Below are positions 38,494-47,803 of a stretch of DNA of 64,000 nucleotides, piece after piece. The stretch's first letter is position 1. Each line of letters opens with the position of its first letter. The stretch spans positions 1 to 64,000 of IMG/VR virus record IMGVR_UViG_3300031215_000009; one strand, 5' to 3'. The translations under genes and the position numbers were made by a program. Source of the DNA: a virus. Under the pieces are notes generated by a model. It was not told where the DNA came from. It saw only the letters and a list, made by a program, of their open reading frames with translations, and made no database searches.

Positions 38494-39966
38494 ATGAAAA
38501 TAGAAATTATTAAAAAAGAGTTAACTCATTGTGGATATGACATCGACAAGTTAACTGATGGGGAATTAACTAAGTTATTCAATACTCATTGCGAAGAACA
38601 TTCTGAATTAGTTAAAGTACAAGATTTAATTGAAAATAAACTATCTAACTTTATAGTTATAGATACACCAGATGGATTTCAAGAAATTAGTACTATTTAT
38701 AATAAAAAGGAAAGACCTATATATGAAATAGTATTGACTAATGGATTTAAAGGACTATCTTCTAATGACCACTTATATGAAACACCAACTGGATGGGTTA
38801 AAGCCGAAGTACTTAAAAAATCTGATTTAGTATTGACTAAAGATGGAGTTTACGAGGTATCTACTATAAATAAAAAAGACAAAGAATTAGTATATGATTG
38901 GACAGTAGAACACGAAAACCATAGATACTGGTCTGGTGTTGGAGGTATTAGTTCCCATAATAGCGGTAAAACATTCTTAACACTTAACGCTGTAAGGAAT
39001 GCACAATTAGCTGGTTACACACCAATTTATTACGATACAGAAGGTGCTGTTGACCCTGATAGTTGTTTGAATTTCGGTATTGATTTAAAAAACTTTAGAC
39101 ACGAACCAGTTTCGGAGATTGAAAAGTTGAAAACAATGTATGCTATTTTCATCAAGAACTTAACCGCATTGAAAATCAAAGGACAAGAAATTCCTAAATT
39201 TATTCTGATTCTTGATTCAATCGGAATGGTTGCATCATCAAAAGAAATAGAAGATGCAAGAACTGGAAATAGTGCCGCAGATATGACAAGAGCAAAACAA
39301 ATACGTTCGTTCTTTAGAATTATCACATCAGATTTGAATTCATTAGGAATTCCAATGATATTCACAAACCATACAATGGTAAACATTGGTGGTTATGGAG
39401 ACCCAGTTGTTCAAGGTGGTGGAGGTGGTGTTGTTTATTCCCCAAGTATCACATTATACTTATCAAAAGCAAAATTGAAAGATGATAAGAATGATGATAA
39501 AAGACAAACAGGTGTAATTGTAACAGCCAAGACCGGAAAGAATAGATTTGCACAACCTAAAACTATTAAGTTTCCTATATTCTTTGATAGACCATTCAAC
39601 AGATATATGGGTGTTCAAGATTATCTAAGTTGGGATAATGTAGGAATTGCAAAAGGAAATCTATTAACAAAATCTGAATATAATAAACTTAAAGGACAAG
39701 CAAAAGAAAAGATAAAAGTTTTTACACCAGACAACTCAGATGAAATAATGTATTTCGCACCAAAAGAAACAGCGAGAAAATATGTTGTTGAACATTTAGG
39801 CGAAGCAATCGACACGAGACAATTATTTTCTGAAAGAGTTATGAAACCATTAGAAGATAGATTTGATGCTGTAATTAGAAAAGATTTCGAATTTAGTTCA
39901 CAAGAAACCGATGAAGAAATTGAAGAAATACTTCACAATGATGATGAAGAACTAAACGAAGATTAA
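38494..39966 (+). CDS. uvsX: Long split intein C-half (to 38961) plus UvsX C-fragment
   Basis: IDTPDGFQ...SSNDHLY...VYDW...NHRYW...SHN|SGKT restores Walker A GESGSGKT; YDTEGA, LDSIG, DMTRAK and FTNH follow. Confidence 0.92.
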   Translation: MKIEIIKKELTHCGYDIDKLTDGELTKLFNTHCEEHSELVKVQDLIENKLSNFIVIDTPDGFQEISTIYNKKERPIYEIVLTNGFKGLSSNDHLYETPTGWVKAEVLKKSDLVLTKDGVYEVSTINKKDKELVYDWTVEHENHRYWSGVGGISSHNSGKTFLTLNAVRNAQLAGYTPIYYDTEGAVDPDSCLNFGIDLKNFRHEPVSEIEKLKTMYAIFIKNLTALKIKGQEIPKFILILDSIGMVASSKEIEDARTGNSAADMTRAKQIRSFFRIITSDLNSLGIPMIFTNHTMVNIGGYGDPVVQGGGGGVVYSPSITLYLSKAKLKDDKNDDKRQTGVIVTAKTGKNRFAQPKTIKFPIFFDRPFNRYMGVQDYLSWDNVGIAKGNLLTKSEYNKLKGQAKEKIKVFTPDNSDEIMYFAPKETARKYVVEHLGEAIDTRQLFSERVMKPLEDRFDAVIRKDFEFSSQETDEEIEEILHNDDEELNED

Positions 39967-40066
39967 AATAAATTCTAAATTAAATCCCACATTTCTTTGA
40001 TTTGTGGGATTTTTTGTTATCTTACATTTTCTAAAAATTAAATAAACTATAAAAATAATTAACAAA

Positions 40067-40279
40067 ATGAACGATTTATTAAAATATATTAATAAAGAAG
40101 AAATTAATGAAGCAATGGTACAAATTGCAGGAAGTAAAAAACCATCAGGTGCAAAAGTTTTAGCAAAGATTACTGTTGAAATGTTAGTTGATAAAGGTTA
40201 TTTTACAAAACTACCTAAAGATTTTATACCGTATGCAAAAGAAGATATTGAAGAAGTTATTATAAATAGTACATTTTAA
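40067..40279 (+). CDS. Small late protein, probably head-internal
   Basis: Own TTAAATA box and terminator; starts MNDLLKYINKEEINE. Confidence 0.5.
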   Translation: MNDLLKYINKEEINEAMVQIAGSKKPSGAKVLAKITVEMLVDKGYFTKLPKDFIPYAKEDIEEVIINSTF

Positions 40280-40358
40280 TATTATAATCATAATTTAATT
40301 ACGAAGGACTAAAATTATTTAGTCCTTTTTTGTGTTTAATACACAAAGAAAGATATAT

Positions 40359-41681
40359 ATGATAAACACTAATGAATTTGAGAAGATATTTTTACTGTAC
40401 GCATTGCAAACACCTGTCTATTTAGAACCAGTTGAACAAGGGTTCTTTTCCGTACCAGAAATAGATTTACTTGCTACCCTATCAAAAAGGTATTACAAGA
40501 AATATAAAATTGCACCTACAAAAGATAACTTGTGGATGCTTATTTCAACAGGAGAATTAGAACAACGATGTCCTAAAGTATTTTTTGATGAAATATTTAA
40601 GAAAAAAATAGAATCTTATGATATTGCTTGGGTAGAAGAAACAGCTCAATCGTGGATCAAATGGAAACATTTAGACTCATCTATCATTGATACAGTTGAA
40701 TATATCAATACTGTAAAGGTTACACCTGAAAATGTTAGTTCTATTGTTGATGATGTTAAAAATATGATTAATGGTAGAAACAATATTACTTTTGATGATG
40801 ATTTAGGTTCAGATTTCTTTGATACAAAATCTCACGTTCGTGACCCACAAGATTTATTAAGTTCTAATTATGATTTCTTAGACAAAAACCTTGGTGGGCA
40901 CTCTAAAGGAACATTAAATGTTTATGTTGCACCACCAAACACAGGAAAATCGTTATTCTTAGCACAAGATGCTGCTAATTATATGAAAGCAGGTAAAAAT
41001 GTATTGTTTATCTCATTAGAAATGGGAGGACAAAAGGTTCATAAAAGAATTGGTTCAGATATTTTCAATATTGCTATGAGTGATTATGATAACAAAGCAG
41101 ATGATACTGATTTCATGCATCGCAAAATTTCTGAATTCAAAGCACATAGTATAATTGAACCAGGTGCATTAACAGTAAAGAATTACGAAACAAGTAATGC
41201 AACTGCCGATGATATTGATAATTTTATTGGTAAAGTTCAAGATATTACAGGATTAGTTTATGATGTTGTAATAGTGGATTATATTAATATCATGAAAGAT
41301 ATTAGAAATCCTAATTCAGAATCAACATACATCAAGATTAAAAACATTTGTGAAGATTTAAGAGCAGTTGCTCAAAGAAGACATGTAGTTCTTTTAAGTG
41401 CAACACAAACTAACAGATGTTTAAGTTTAGATACTAAAGTACAAACTAAAGAGGGAGAAATGGAAATATCTAAAATAAAAGAAGGTGACTTTATTATGGG
41501 AACAGAAGATTGGGTTAAAGTTACTAAAGTTTACCCAATAGAAACACTACCTAAAGTATTGAAACTTAAAACCAAATCAGGAAAAGAAATTGTTTGTGGT
41601 CATAATCACTTATTCCCAATAGGAGATAAATTAGTAAAAGCATCCGACTTAGTAATTGGAGACAAATTAACAAGTAAATAG
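40359..41681 (+). CDS. Replicative helicase (gp41/DnaB-like) N-fragment plus split intein N-half (Cys1 at 41418)
   Basis: APPNTGKS, ISLEM, IVDYINI and SATQTNR|CLSLDT...CGHNHLFP. Confidence 0.92.
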   Translation: MINTNEFEKIFLLYALQTPVYLEPVEQGFFSVPEIDLLATLSKRYYKKYKIAPTKDNLWMLISTGELEQRCPKVFFDEIFKKKIESYDIAWVEETAQSWIKWKHLDSSIIDTVEYINTVKVTPENVSSIVDDVKNMINGRNNITFDDDLGSDFFDTKSHVRDPQDLLSSNYDFLDKNLGGHSKGTLNVYVAPPNTGKSLFLAQDAANYMKAGKNVLFISLEMGGQKVHKRIGSDIFNIAMSDYDNKADDTDFMHRKISEFKAHSIIEPGALTVKNYETSNATADDIDNFIGKVQDITGLVYDVVIVDYINIMKDIRNPNSESTYIKIKNICEDLRAVAQRRHVVLLSATQTNRCLSLDTKVQTKEGEMEISKIKEGDFIMGTEDWVKVTKVYPIETLPKVLKLKTKSGKEIVCGHNHLFPIGDKLVKASDLVIGDKLTSK

Positions 41682-41728
41682 GTGTTTGTGTTGCAGATAA
41701 TAGTTTTTGAGTAAATAGTATTGTATAA

Positions 41729-42928
41729 ATGTCATATATTATGAAATCAAAAACTATTAAAAATAACATACAAAAAATCATAGAGCAAGACAATTATAAT
41801 AAATCAAATGTCGAAATTAATTTTCGTAGATTGTTAGTATTCTTTAGATTCTTTGAAAAAAATATTAGATTCGTCCAGATATATCAAACAACAAAGAAAC
41901 TTCAATTATTAAAAAAACTATATTATATGTTTCAATACAATATAGAAATAGAAACATCTACAAATTTAGATGAAAAATGGACAAATTTATTGTCTTTGTC
42001 ATCTAAAGATAGTTCATCTATTGAATATCATACTATCATATATGGACAAAAATTAGGTAAGGTTATACAAGAAAACAAATCAAAGAAAACTGCAATTACT
42101 GTTAATAATTTTATTAACAAGGTAGGTACTCTTTATAAAAATATCGAAGAAGCCAAAGTAGCATATAGAAATAGTAGAAATGGAACAAGTGATGTAAAGT
42201 TTAAAGAAAAATTTGGAACGAACTGGAAGGAACACAAACAAGAGTATTTAGACAGGAAACGACATAAACAATCAGTAGAGTATTTAGGGGAAGATGAATA
42301 CAATAAAAGAAAAGAATATCACAAATACTATAATACGAAAGACGGATATATCAAAAAGCATGGATTTGTAAAGGGATATGGTTTATGGAAAAGTAAAAAT
42401 AATAATATTAGAAAGTCTAATAAATTATTAACACACAACCGAGATAATAATAGTTTACCTGCACATATTCAAAGATATGGTATATTCAAAGGTAACCAAA
42501 TATATAAAAATCTTTGTTCAAAACAAAGACAAATATCAATAGTAAATGAATCGTATAAATATTTTGGTAAAAATAATGGTGCTATTAGTAAAATATCAAT
42601 GGTATTATATGATATGTTAATTCCATTTATTGATAATATAGAATGTGAGTTTAAAATAAATAGATATTATTTTGACTTTAAGATAGGTAAGACTATTATA
42701 GAGTTTAATGGTGACTATTGGCACTGCAATCCTATGATTTATGAACATGACCAATTAGTAAAATTTCCAAATAGAACAATACCCGCTAATACTAAATGGG
42801 AAGAAGATAAAAAGAAAATTAAAGTTGCTAAAGATAATGGATATGATGTTATTGTTATTTGGGAAAAAGATTTTAGAAATAATAAACAAAAAGTATTACA
42901 ACAATTAAAAAGAATATTATGTATTTAG
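41729..42928 (+). CDS. Vsr-like (EDxHD-type) homing endonuclease between the gp41 intein halves
   Basis: EF...FDF...IIEFNGDYWH...D..K...GYDVIVIWE. Confidence 0.85.
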   Translation: MSYIMKSKTIKNNIQKIIEQDNYNKSNVEINFRRLLVFFRFFEKNIRFVQIYQTTKKLQLLKKLYYMFQYNIEIETSTNLDEKWTNLLSLSSKDSSSIEYHTIIYGQKLGKVIQENKSKKTAITVNNFINKVGTLYKNIEEAKVAYRNSRNGTSDVKFKEKFGTNWKEHKQEYLDRKRHKQSVEYLGEDEYNKRKEYHKYYNTKDGYIKKHGFVKGYGLWKSKNNNIRKSNKLLTHNRDNNSLPAHIQRYGIFKGNQIYKNLCSKQRQISIVNESYKYFGKNNGAISKISMVLYDMLIPFIDNIECEFKINRYYFDFKIGKTIIEFNGDYWHCNPMIYEHDQLVKFPNRTIPANTKWEEDKKKIKVAKDNGYDVIVIWEKDFRNNKQKVLQQLKRILCI

Positions 42929-43284
42929 ATGAAATAATAGAAATAGAAACAATAGACAATATAGATACCGTAGATATTGAAGTATCAGGTAAAGATAGAT
43001 TATTTTATGCTAATAATATTTTAACTCACAATAGTGGTTTTGAGAGTTCAAATATTAATATGGGAATGATTGCAGAATCAGCTGGTTTAGCAGCAACTTG
43101 TGATACTATCATGGCAATTATTCAAACACCTGATATGAACCTAGAAGGATTCTATTGGTTGAAACTATTAAAAGTTAGAGATGGTTCCGGTAAAGGAATA
43201 AAGTGTAAAATTGATATAGATTATGAATACATGAGATTGCACGAAACCAACACGGTATTGTTTGACGATGGTAGTGGTGAATAA
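42919..43284 (+). CDS. Split intein C-half (38 aa) plus helicase C-fragment
   Basis: TVDIEV...RLFYANNILTHN|SGF; IAESAGLAATCD and LKVRDG. Confidence 0.92.
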   Translation: MYLDEIIEIETIDNIDTVDIEVSGKDRLFYANNILTHNSGFESSNINMGMIAESAGLAATCDTIMAIIQTPDMNLEGFYWLKLLKVRDGSGKGIKCKIDIDYEYMRLHETNTVLFDDGSGE

Positions 43285-43332
43285 AATATTTCAACTAAAA
43301 AACACATTTAATAAGTATAATTAACCAACAAT

Positions 43333-43812
43333 ATGGCAGAAGATAAAAAACCAACAACAAAACAATCCAACTATTACTTACAAAGTAGGTATGATAATGG
43401 AGAACTTAATATAGAACCGATTTCATTTGAACCAGATACTGGTAGTAGAATGTATTCCGACAATTCACAAGAATCTGTAAATAAAAAAGAAGACTTAGAA
43501 GAATTAGATTTACAAATTTCAAACAATTCTATGATTAAAAAATTAATTGATGATATTCCATTAGAAAGAACAATTAATTTACCAATAGAAAGTGTTAATA
43601 AGATATATGCATTTTGTATGTTGTTATTGAAAAACAATAAACGATTATCGAGATTGACAAAAACAGATATGTTTGCATTAATAACAGACTATATCAATCT
43701 TAATGAAAAAGAAGAACGTTATTTCTATAAAAATTTATCAATTAAGTTTAAAGGTGAATTATTAGATGAATTGAAAAAAGCTAATTTATACAAATCAAAT
43801 AAATTATTTTAA
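43333..43812 (+). CDS. Hypothetical protein
   Basis: 159-aa ORF in the replication cluster with a TTTAATA box. Confidence 0.55.
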   Translation: MAEDKKPTTKQSNYYLQSRYDNGELNIEPISFEPDTGSRMYSDNSQESVNKKEDLEELDLQISNNSMIKKLIDDIPLERTINLPIESVNKIYAFCMLLLKNNKRLSRLTKTDMFALITDYINLNEKEERYFYKNLSIKFKGELLDELKKANLYKSNKLF

Positions 43813-43831
43813 TATGTCAAAAGTATTTTGA

Positions 43832-43910
43832 ATAAATAAAGAAAGGAACTATTATAGAACTGCAAATTCTAAGTTCCTTTCTTTAAAAATAATTAACTTA
43901 ATGTATTTAA
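43832..43910 (+). ncRNA. Conserved structured leader of homing endonuclease genes, copy C
   Basis: TAAATA, same outer stem as copy B, inner TAGAA-CTGCAAA-TTCTA, then ATGTATTTAA. Confidence 0.65.
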
Positions 43911-44246
43911 TCTCACGAGAATGGAGTATCAGAACTCCATATTATTTCTACAAAACAACAAATCTTATTAGCAATAAATTCTACTACGGTAGTGGAACGG
44001 ATAAAGAAAACTACATTAGTTAAAGACAAAAAAGGAAACAAATTTCATATCAGTCCAGATGATACTCGATATATAAGTGGTGAATTATTCGGACACACTA
44101 AAGGTGATTGGGTTTGGAATAATAGAATACAAATAAACAATATGATAAAAATAGCGAAAGAGTGGAAAGATTTTTATAGTTTAGTAAAATTATCTGAACT
44201 AAAATCACATTTAATAAGTAACAATATTAAATTTGAAAAATTATGA
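43901..44246 (+). pseudogene. Deleted/frameshifted GIY-YIG homing endonuclease
   Basis: 43901-44023 reads MYLISRE...YYFYKTTNLISNKFYYGS; another frame carries VKDKKGN...DDTRYISGELFGHTKG. Confidence 0.7.
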
Positions 44247-45295
44247 GTAAGGTTTTCGTGTGGTCTGACACTCATTTAGGTGCAAGGTCAAACTCAACAG
44301 AGTGGATGGATATAATGGAAGAAGCACATTTCAAATTCATTATTCCAACAATAAAAAAACATTTCAAAAAAGGAGACATCATCGTAAATTGCGGTGATGT
44401 TTTTGACAATAGAACCTCCGTTAACATTAAATCATTAGACTTAGGAATAAGGATTTATGAAGAATTAGGTAAAATTGGACCAGTTCACATCATTGCAGGG
44501 AATCATGACCTCTATTATAAAACTAATACAGAAGTAACCAGTTTAGATTCGTTGAAATACATTCCAAATGTAACTGTACACAAAGATGTAAATGTAATAG
44601 AACATGACAATCAAAAAATATTAATGATGCCTTGGAGGCGAGATATTAAAGAAGAAGCAGAAACCTTACAAGATTATCAAATTAATAACAATTGTGACTA
44701 TGCATTTATGCATGGTACTTTTTCGTTAATCAAATACAACAAATATGTGAACATACACGAAGACGAAGGAGCTAATCCAAAAAGTGCTGATGGTTACAAA
44801 AGAGTTTACACAGGACATATTCATTGGTCACAACAAAAAGGAAATATCAATGTTGTAGGTACACCTTATCAAATCACTAGAGGAGACTCAGGGAACAATA
44901 AAGGGATGTTTATATTAGACCTTGCCACAGGTAAAGATACGTTCTATGAGAACACTATATCACCTAAATTTATACAGTTTACAATAAATAATATAGATAA
45001 AGACCAACTAATGGAAATACACGCATTAAGTAAAAACAACTTTGTTGATATTAACATTAAAGAAAAGTTATTATCATCAAGTTCATCTAAACTTACAAAA
45101 GTATTTCATAAGATTGGAGAACAAACTAGAGTATTAAATATTTTCCCAATTGAAGAAGATTATGGGGAAATAGACGAAGACTCATCTACATTAGATGCAA
45201 AAGAACTTATTAATAAAGAAATTAACAATAGGTTTCAGGGTGAAGATAACAAAAAAGCAAGAAAGATTTTTGAAGACTTGTTTAAAGGAATATAA
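44243..45295 (+). CDS. Recombination nuclease, Mre11/SbcD-like (gp47)
   Basis: SDTHLG, GDVFDNR, GNHD, GHIH and GTPYQ. Confidence 0.92.
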   Translation: MSKVFVWSDTHLGARSNSTEWMDIMEEAHFKFIIPTIKKHFKKGDIIVNCGDVFDNRTSVNIKSLDLGIRIYEELGKIGPVHIIAGNHDLYYKTNTEVTSLDSLKYIPNVTVHKDVNVIEHDNQKILMMPWRRDIKEEAETLQDYQINNNCDYAFMHGTFSLIKYNKYVNIHEDEGANPKSADGYKRVYTGHIHWSQQKGNINVVGTPYQITRGDSGNNKGMFILDLATGKDTFYENTISPKFIQFTINNIDKDQLMEIHALSKNNFVDINIKEKLLSSSSSKLTKVFHKIGEQTRVLNIFPIEEDYGEIDEDSSTLDAKELINKEINNRFQGEDNKKARKIFEDLFKGI

Positions 45296-45300
45296 CAATT

Positions 45301-46959
45301 ATGAAATTACTTAAATTAGAATATAAAAACTTTAATTCATACGGGAACAAAGTAACTCGAGTTGAATTTAATGATAAAGGTGAAATGATAATGCTTATCG
45401 GTCAATCTGGCCATGGTAAATCTACAATTAGAGAAGTTATTTCATATTTGATTTATGGTAAAGTTCAAGAAAAGAAACTTGGGGATCTCCCCAACAGAGT
45501 TAACAAATCTCTTTGGGGAAAAATCACTTTAGGGGCAAAGGGTTCAATTATAACTATTGAACGTGGTATTGCACCAAAAGTGTTTAATGTATGGATTGAC
45601 AATGTAGAACAAGAAGTTGCTGGAAATAGTAACATACAGGGTATAATCGAAGATGATTATATGAAAATTCCACAATCTACATTTGACAATGTTATATCAA
45701 TTTCTGTTGATAAATTCAAGTCATTCTTGACAATGAAACCATCAGACAAAAGAAAAATCTTAGACCAAATCTTTGGTATAATATTCTTTAATAAAATTCA
45801 CGATTCTTTAAAAGAAAATGTTAAACAATTCAACATTGAAATAAAAAACTTAGATGGACAAGCAAGAGTATTACTTGACAATAAGAAATCAATTCAAGAT
45901 AAGTTGGAAAAGATTGACAAAGATAAATCAAAAGATATTACAGATAAATTAGAAGAGGTTGTTTCACAAATAGAAGAATTAAGTACATCTTTAACAGATT
46001 TAAACAATAAGTCTGAATTAGTATCTGAAAAGTCTAATTTAGCCTTTGAAAAAATGACAAAATTGACAAAGACTAAAAATGATTATGCATATAAAATAAA
46101 GGATTGTACAGAAAAACTAAAACTTTATGATAATGAAGAATGTCCAACTTGTGGATCAGATTTAACCGGGGAAATACATAAGAAATATCAAGAAAAGGTA
46201 AAAGAAGATAAGATTGCATTTGAAGCTGAGATTGAAACGACTAAAGATGCAATAACTAAAGTAAAACTAGTTACAATCTTGATTGACAATAAGAAACGAG
46301 AATTAAATGATTCTATTTTTGACATTAGATTAGGATTAGATAAATTACACACAACACAAAACACTTTATTAAAACCTAAAGAAGAAAAAAGTGAATTTGA
46401 TTCTGTATTACAGAACACTATTAAAAAAATTGATGAAATTCTATTAAACATAGAAGAAAATAAAAAGAATGAATTTTTATACACTGAATTAGGTAAAATA
46501 TTTGGTGATGATGGGGTTAAGTTACAAATTACAAGAAACTTTTTACCAAGTTTTAACAAGTCTATCAATGAGATTAGTAAGAAATTACATTTCCCATATA
46601 AAATTGAAATAGATGAAAAGTTTAATAGTAAGTTGTTATATATTGGGGAAGAAATTAATACAAAGACATTAAGTACAGGGGAACGTAAAAAAGCAGATTT
46701 TGCTGTGTTAATTTCTTTGATTCATATTATGAAAAGAAACTATCCAAATATCAATTTATTATTCTTAGATGAAATATTAGCGTCACTTGATGCTAATTCT
46801 ATACACGAAGTATTGTCATTGATAAGAACAATTGTAGATGAATTGGATTTGAATGTATTTGTTATTAATCATTCAACTCTACCCAAGGAAATGTTTGATT
46901 CAGTTTATTCTGTAAATAAAGTAGCAGGATTTAGTGAATTAGAGATAAATCCTTGTTAG
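45301..46959 (+). CDS. Recombination ATPase, Rad50/SbcC-like (gp46)
   Basis: KNFNSYGN, GQSGHGKS, CPTC hook, LSTGE, FLDE and INH. Confidence 0.92.
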   Translation: MKLLKLEYKNFNSYGNKVTRVEFNDKGEMIMLIGQSGHGKSTIREVISYLIYGKVQEKKLGDLPNRVNKSLWGKITLGAKGSIITIERGIAPKVFNVWIDNVEQEVAGNSNIQGIIEDDYMKIPQSTFDNVISISVDKFKSFLTMKPSDKRKILDQIFGIIFFNKIHDSLKENVKQFNIEIKNLDGQARVLLDNKKSIQDKLEKIDKDKSKDITDKLEEVVSQIEELSTSLTDLNNKSELVSEKSNLAFEKMTKLTKTKNDYAYKIKDCTEKLKLYDNEECPTCGSDLTGEIHKKYQEKVKEDKIAFEAEIETTKDAITKVKLVTILIDNKKRELNDSIFDIRLGLDKLHTTQNTLLKPKEEKSEFDSVLQNTIKKIDEILLNIEENKKNEFLYTELGKIFGDDGVKLQITRNFLPSFNKSINEISKKLHFPYKIEIDEKFNSKLLYIGEEINTKTLSTGERKKADFAVLISLIHIMKRNYPNINLLFLDEILASLDANSIHEVLSLIRTIVDELDLNVFVINHSTLPKEMFDSVYSVNKVAGFSELEINPC

Positions 46960-46970
46960 TTAAATAGACT

Positions 46971-47771
46971 ATGAGCGAAACTTATAACAATTATCAAAAC
47001 AAGGATGATGTATTATTCCGTAATTTGATAATCGGAACATTAAATGCAATTGATGATAGAATATTCTGGAATAATGTTATTGATAACAAAAAGACCAAAG
47101 TAGAAGTACCAGTAAATTTTACTGTTGCTGGATCAGAAAGGTTTATGAGTGATATATTTCTAAATTCAGATGAATTAAAATCAGAAGGAAAAGCAACAGG
47201 TCTTTATGAAAAGTTTCCAAGAGCGACATTGAGTTTGCAAGGTATAGGATTACAAGAAGAATATTTAGCGAATAAGTTCAAACGAGCAAATTTCATTAAA
47301 CAAGAAGGTAATGAAGTCAGAGAATTCAATGCAGAATTTATGGAAGCCCCTTTTAAAATGGACTTTGAAATTACTATTCACGTAGATTCCATAGTAGATA
47401 TTTTTAAATGTATAAATTCGATATTTTCAAACATGTATAAAAATGTATATTTCTATGTCGATGTGTTTAGTGTGAAGGTACCATGTTATTTTGCAATCCC
47501 ACCAGATATAAATAAGGAAAGGTTAGTTAACTTTGGTCTATCGGATAAAAAAGAAATAAAAATAACATTTCCAATAGAAGTACAAGCAAGTTATCCATTA
47601 TTCAAAGATAAAACAGAAATTTTTGCAGGAAATAGAATGGAGAATATAATTGCTAATATTTATACAATTTCCGAAAAACCTAAAGATACTGATTCTGCAG
47701 GTCGAAATATCGTAGTTACAAAAGATGTGTGGCCAACTGGAAATAATTCTGGTTCAACCTACAATGATTAA
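46971..47771 (+). CDS. Tail terminator/sheath stabiliser (gp15-like)
   Basis: FRNLIIG...VPV...ERF...PR...PFKMDFEITI pattern; TTAAATA box upstream. Confidence 0.6.
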   Translation: MSETYNNYQNKDDVLFRNLIIGTLNAIDDRIFWNNVIDNKKTKVEVPVNFTVAGSERFMSDIFLNSDELKSEGKATGLYEKFPRATLSLQGIGLQEEYLANKFKRANFIKQEGNEVREFNAEFMEAPFKMDFEITIHVDSIVDIFKCINSIFSNMYKNVYFYVDVFSVKVPCYFAIPPDINKERLVNFGLSDKKEIKITFPIEVQASYPLFKDKTEIFAGNRMENIIANIYTISEKPKDTDSAGRNIVVTKDVWPTGNNSGSTYND

Positions 47772-47803
47772 ATAAGTAAATAAGAAAAATAAAATACAAT
47801 AAA

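Noticed and set aside
41679-41690. TAGGTG after the gp41 IntN stop, similar to the uvsW gap
   Set aside because: No upstream hairpin, and the IntN is complete at this stop, so no recoding is needed.
27904-43910. Repeated hairpin element as a CRISPR repeat or MITE
   Set aside because: Three dispersed copies kilobases apart, with no spacers, cas genes or target-site duplications, always fused to an endonuclease start.
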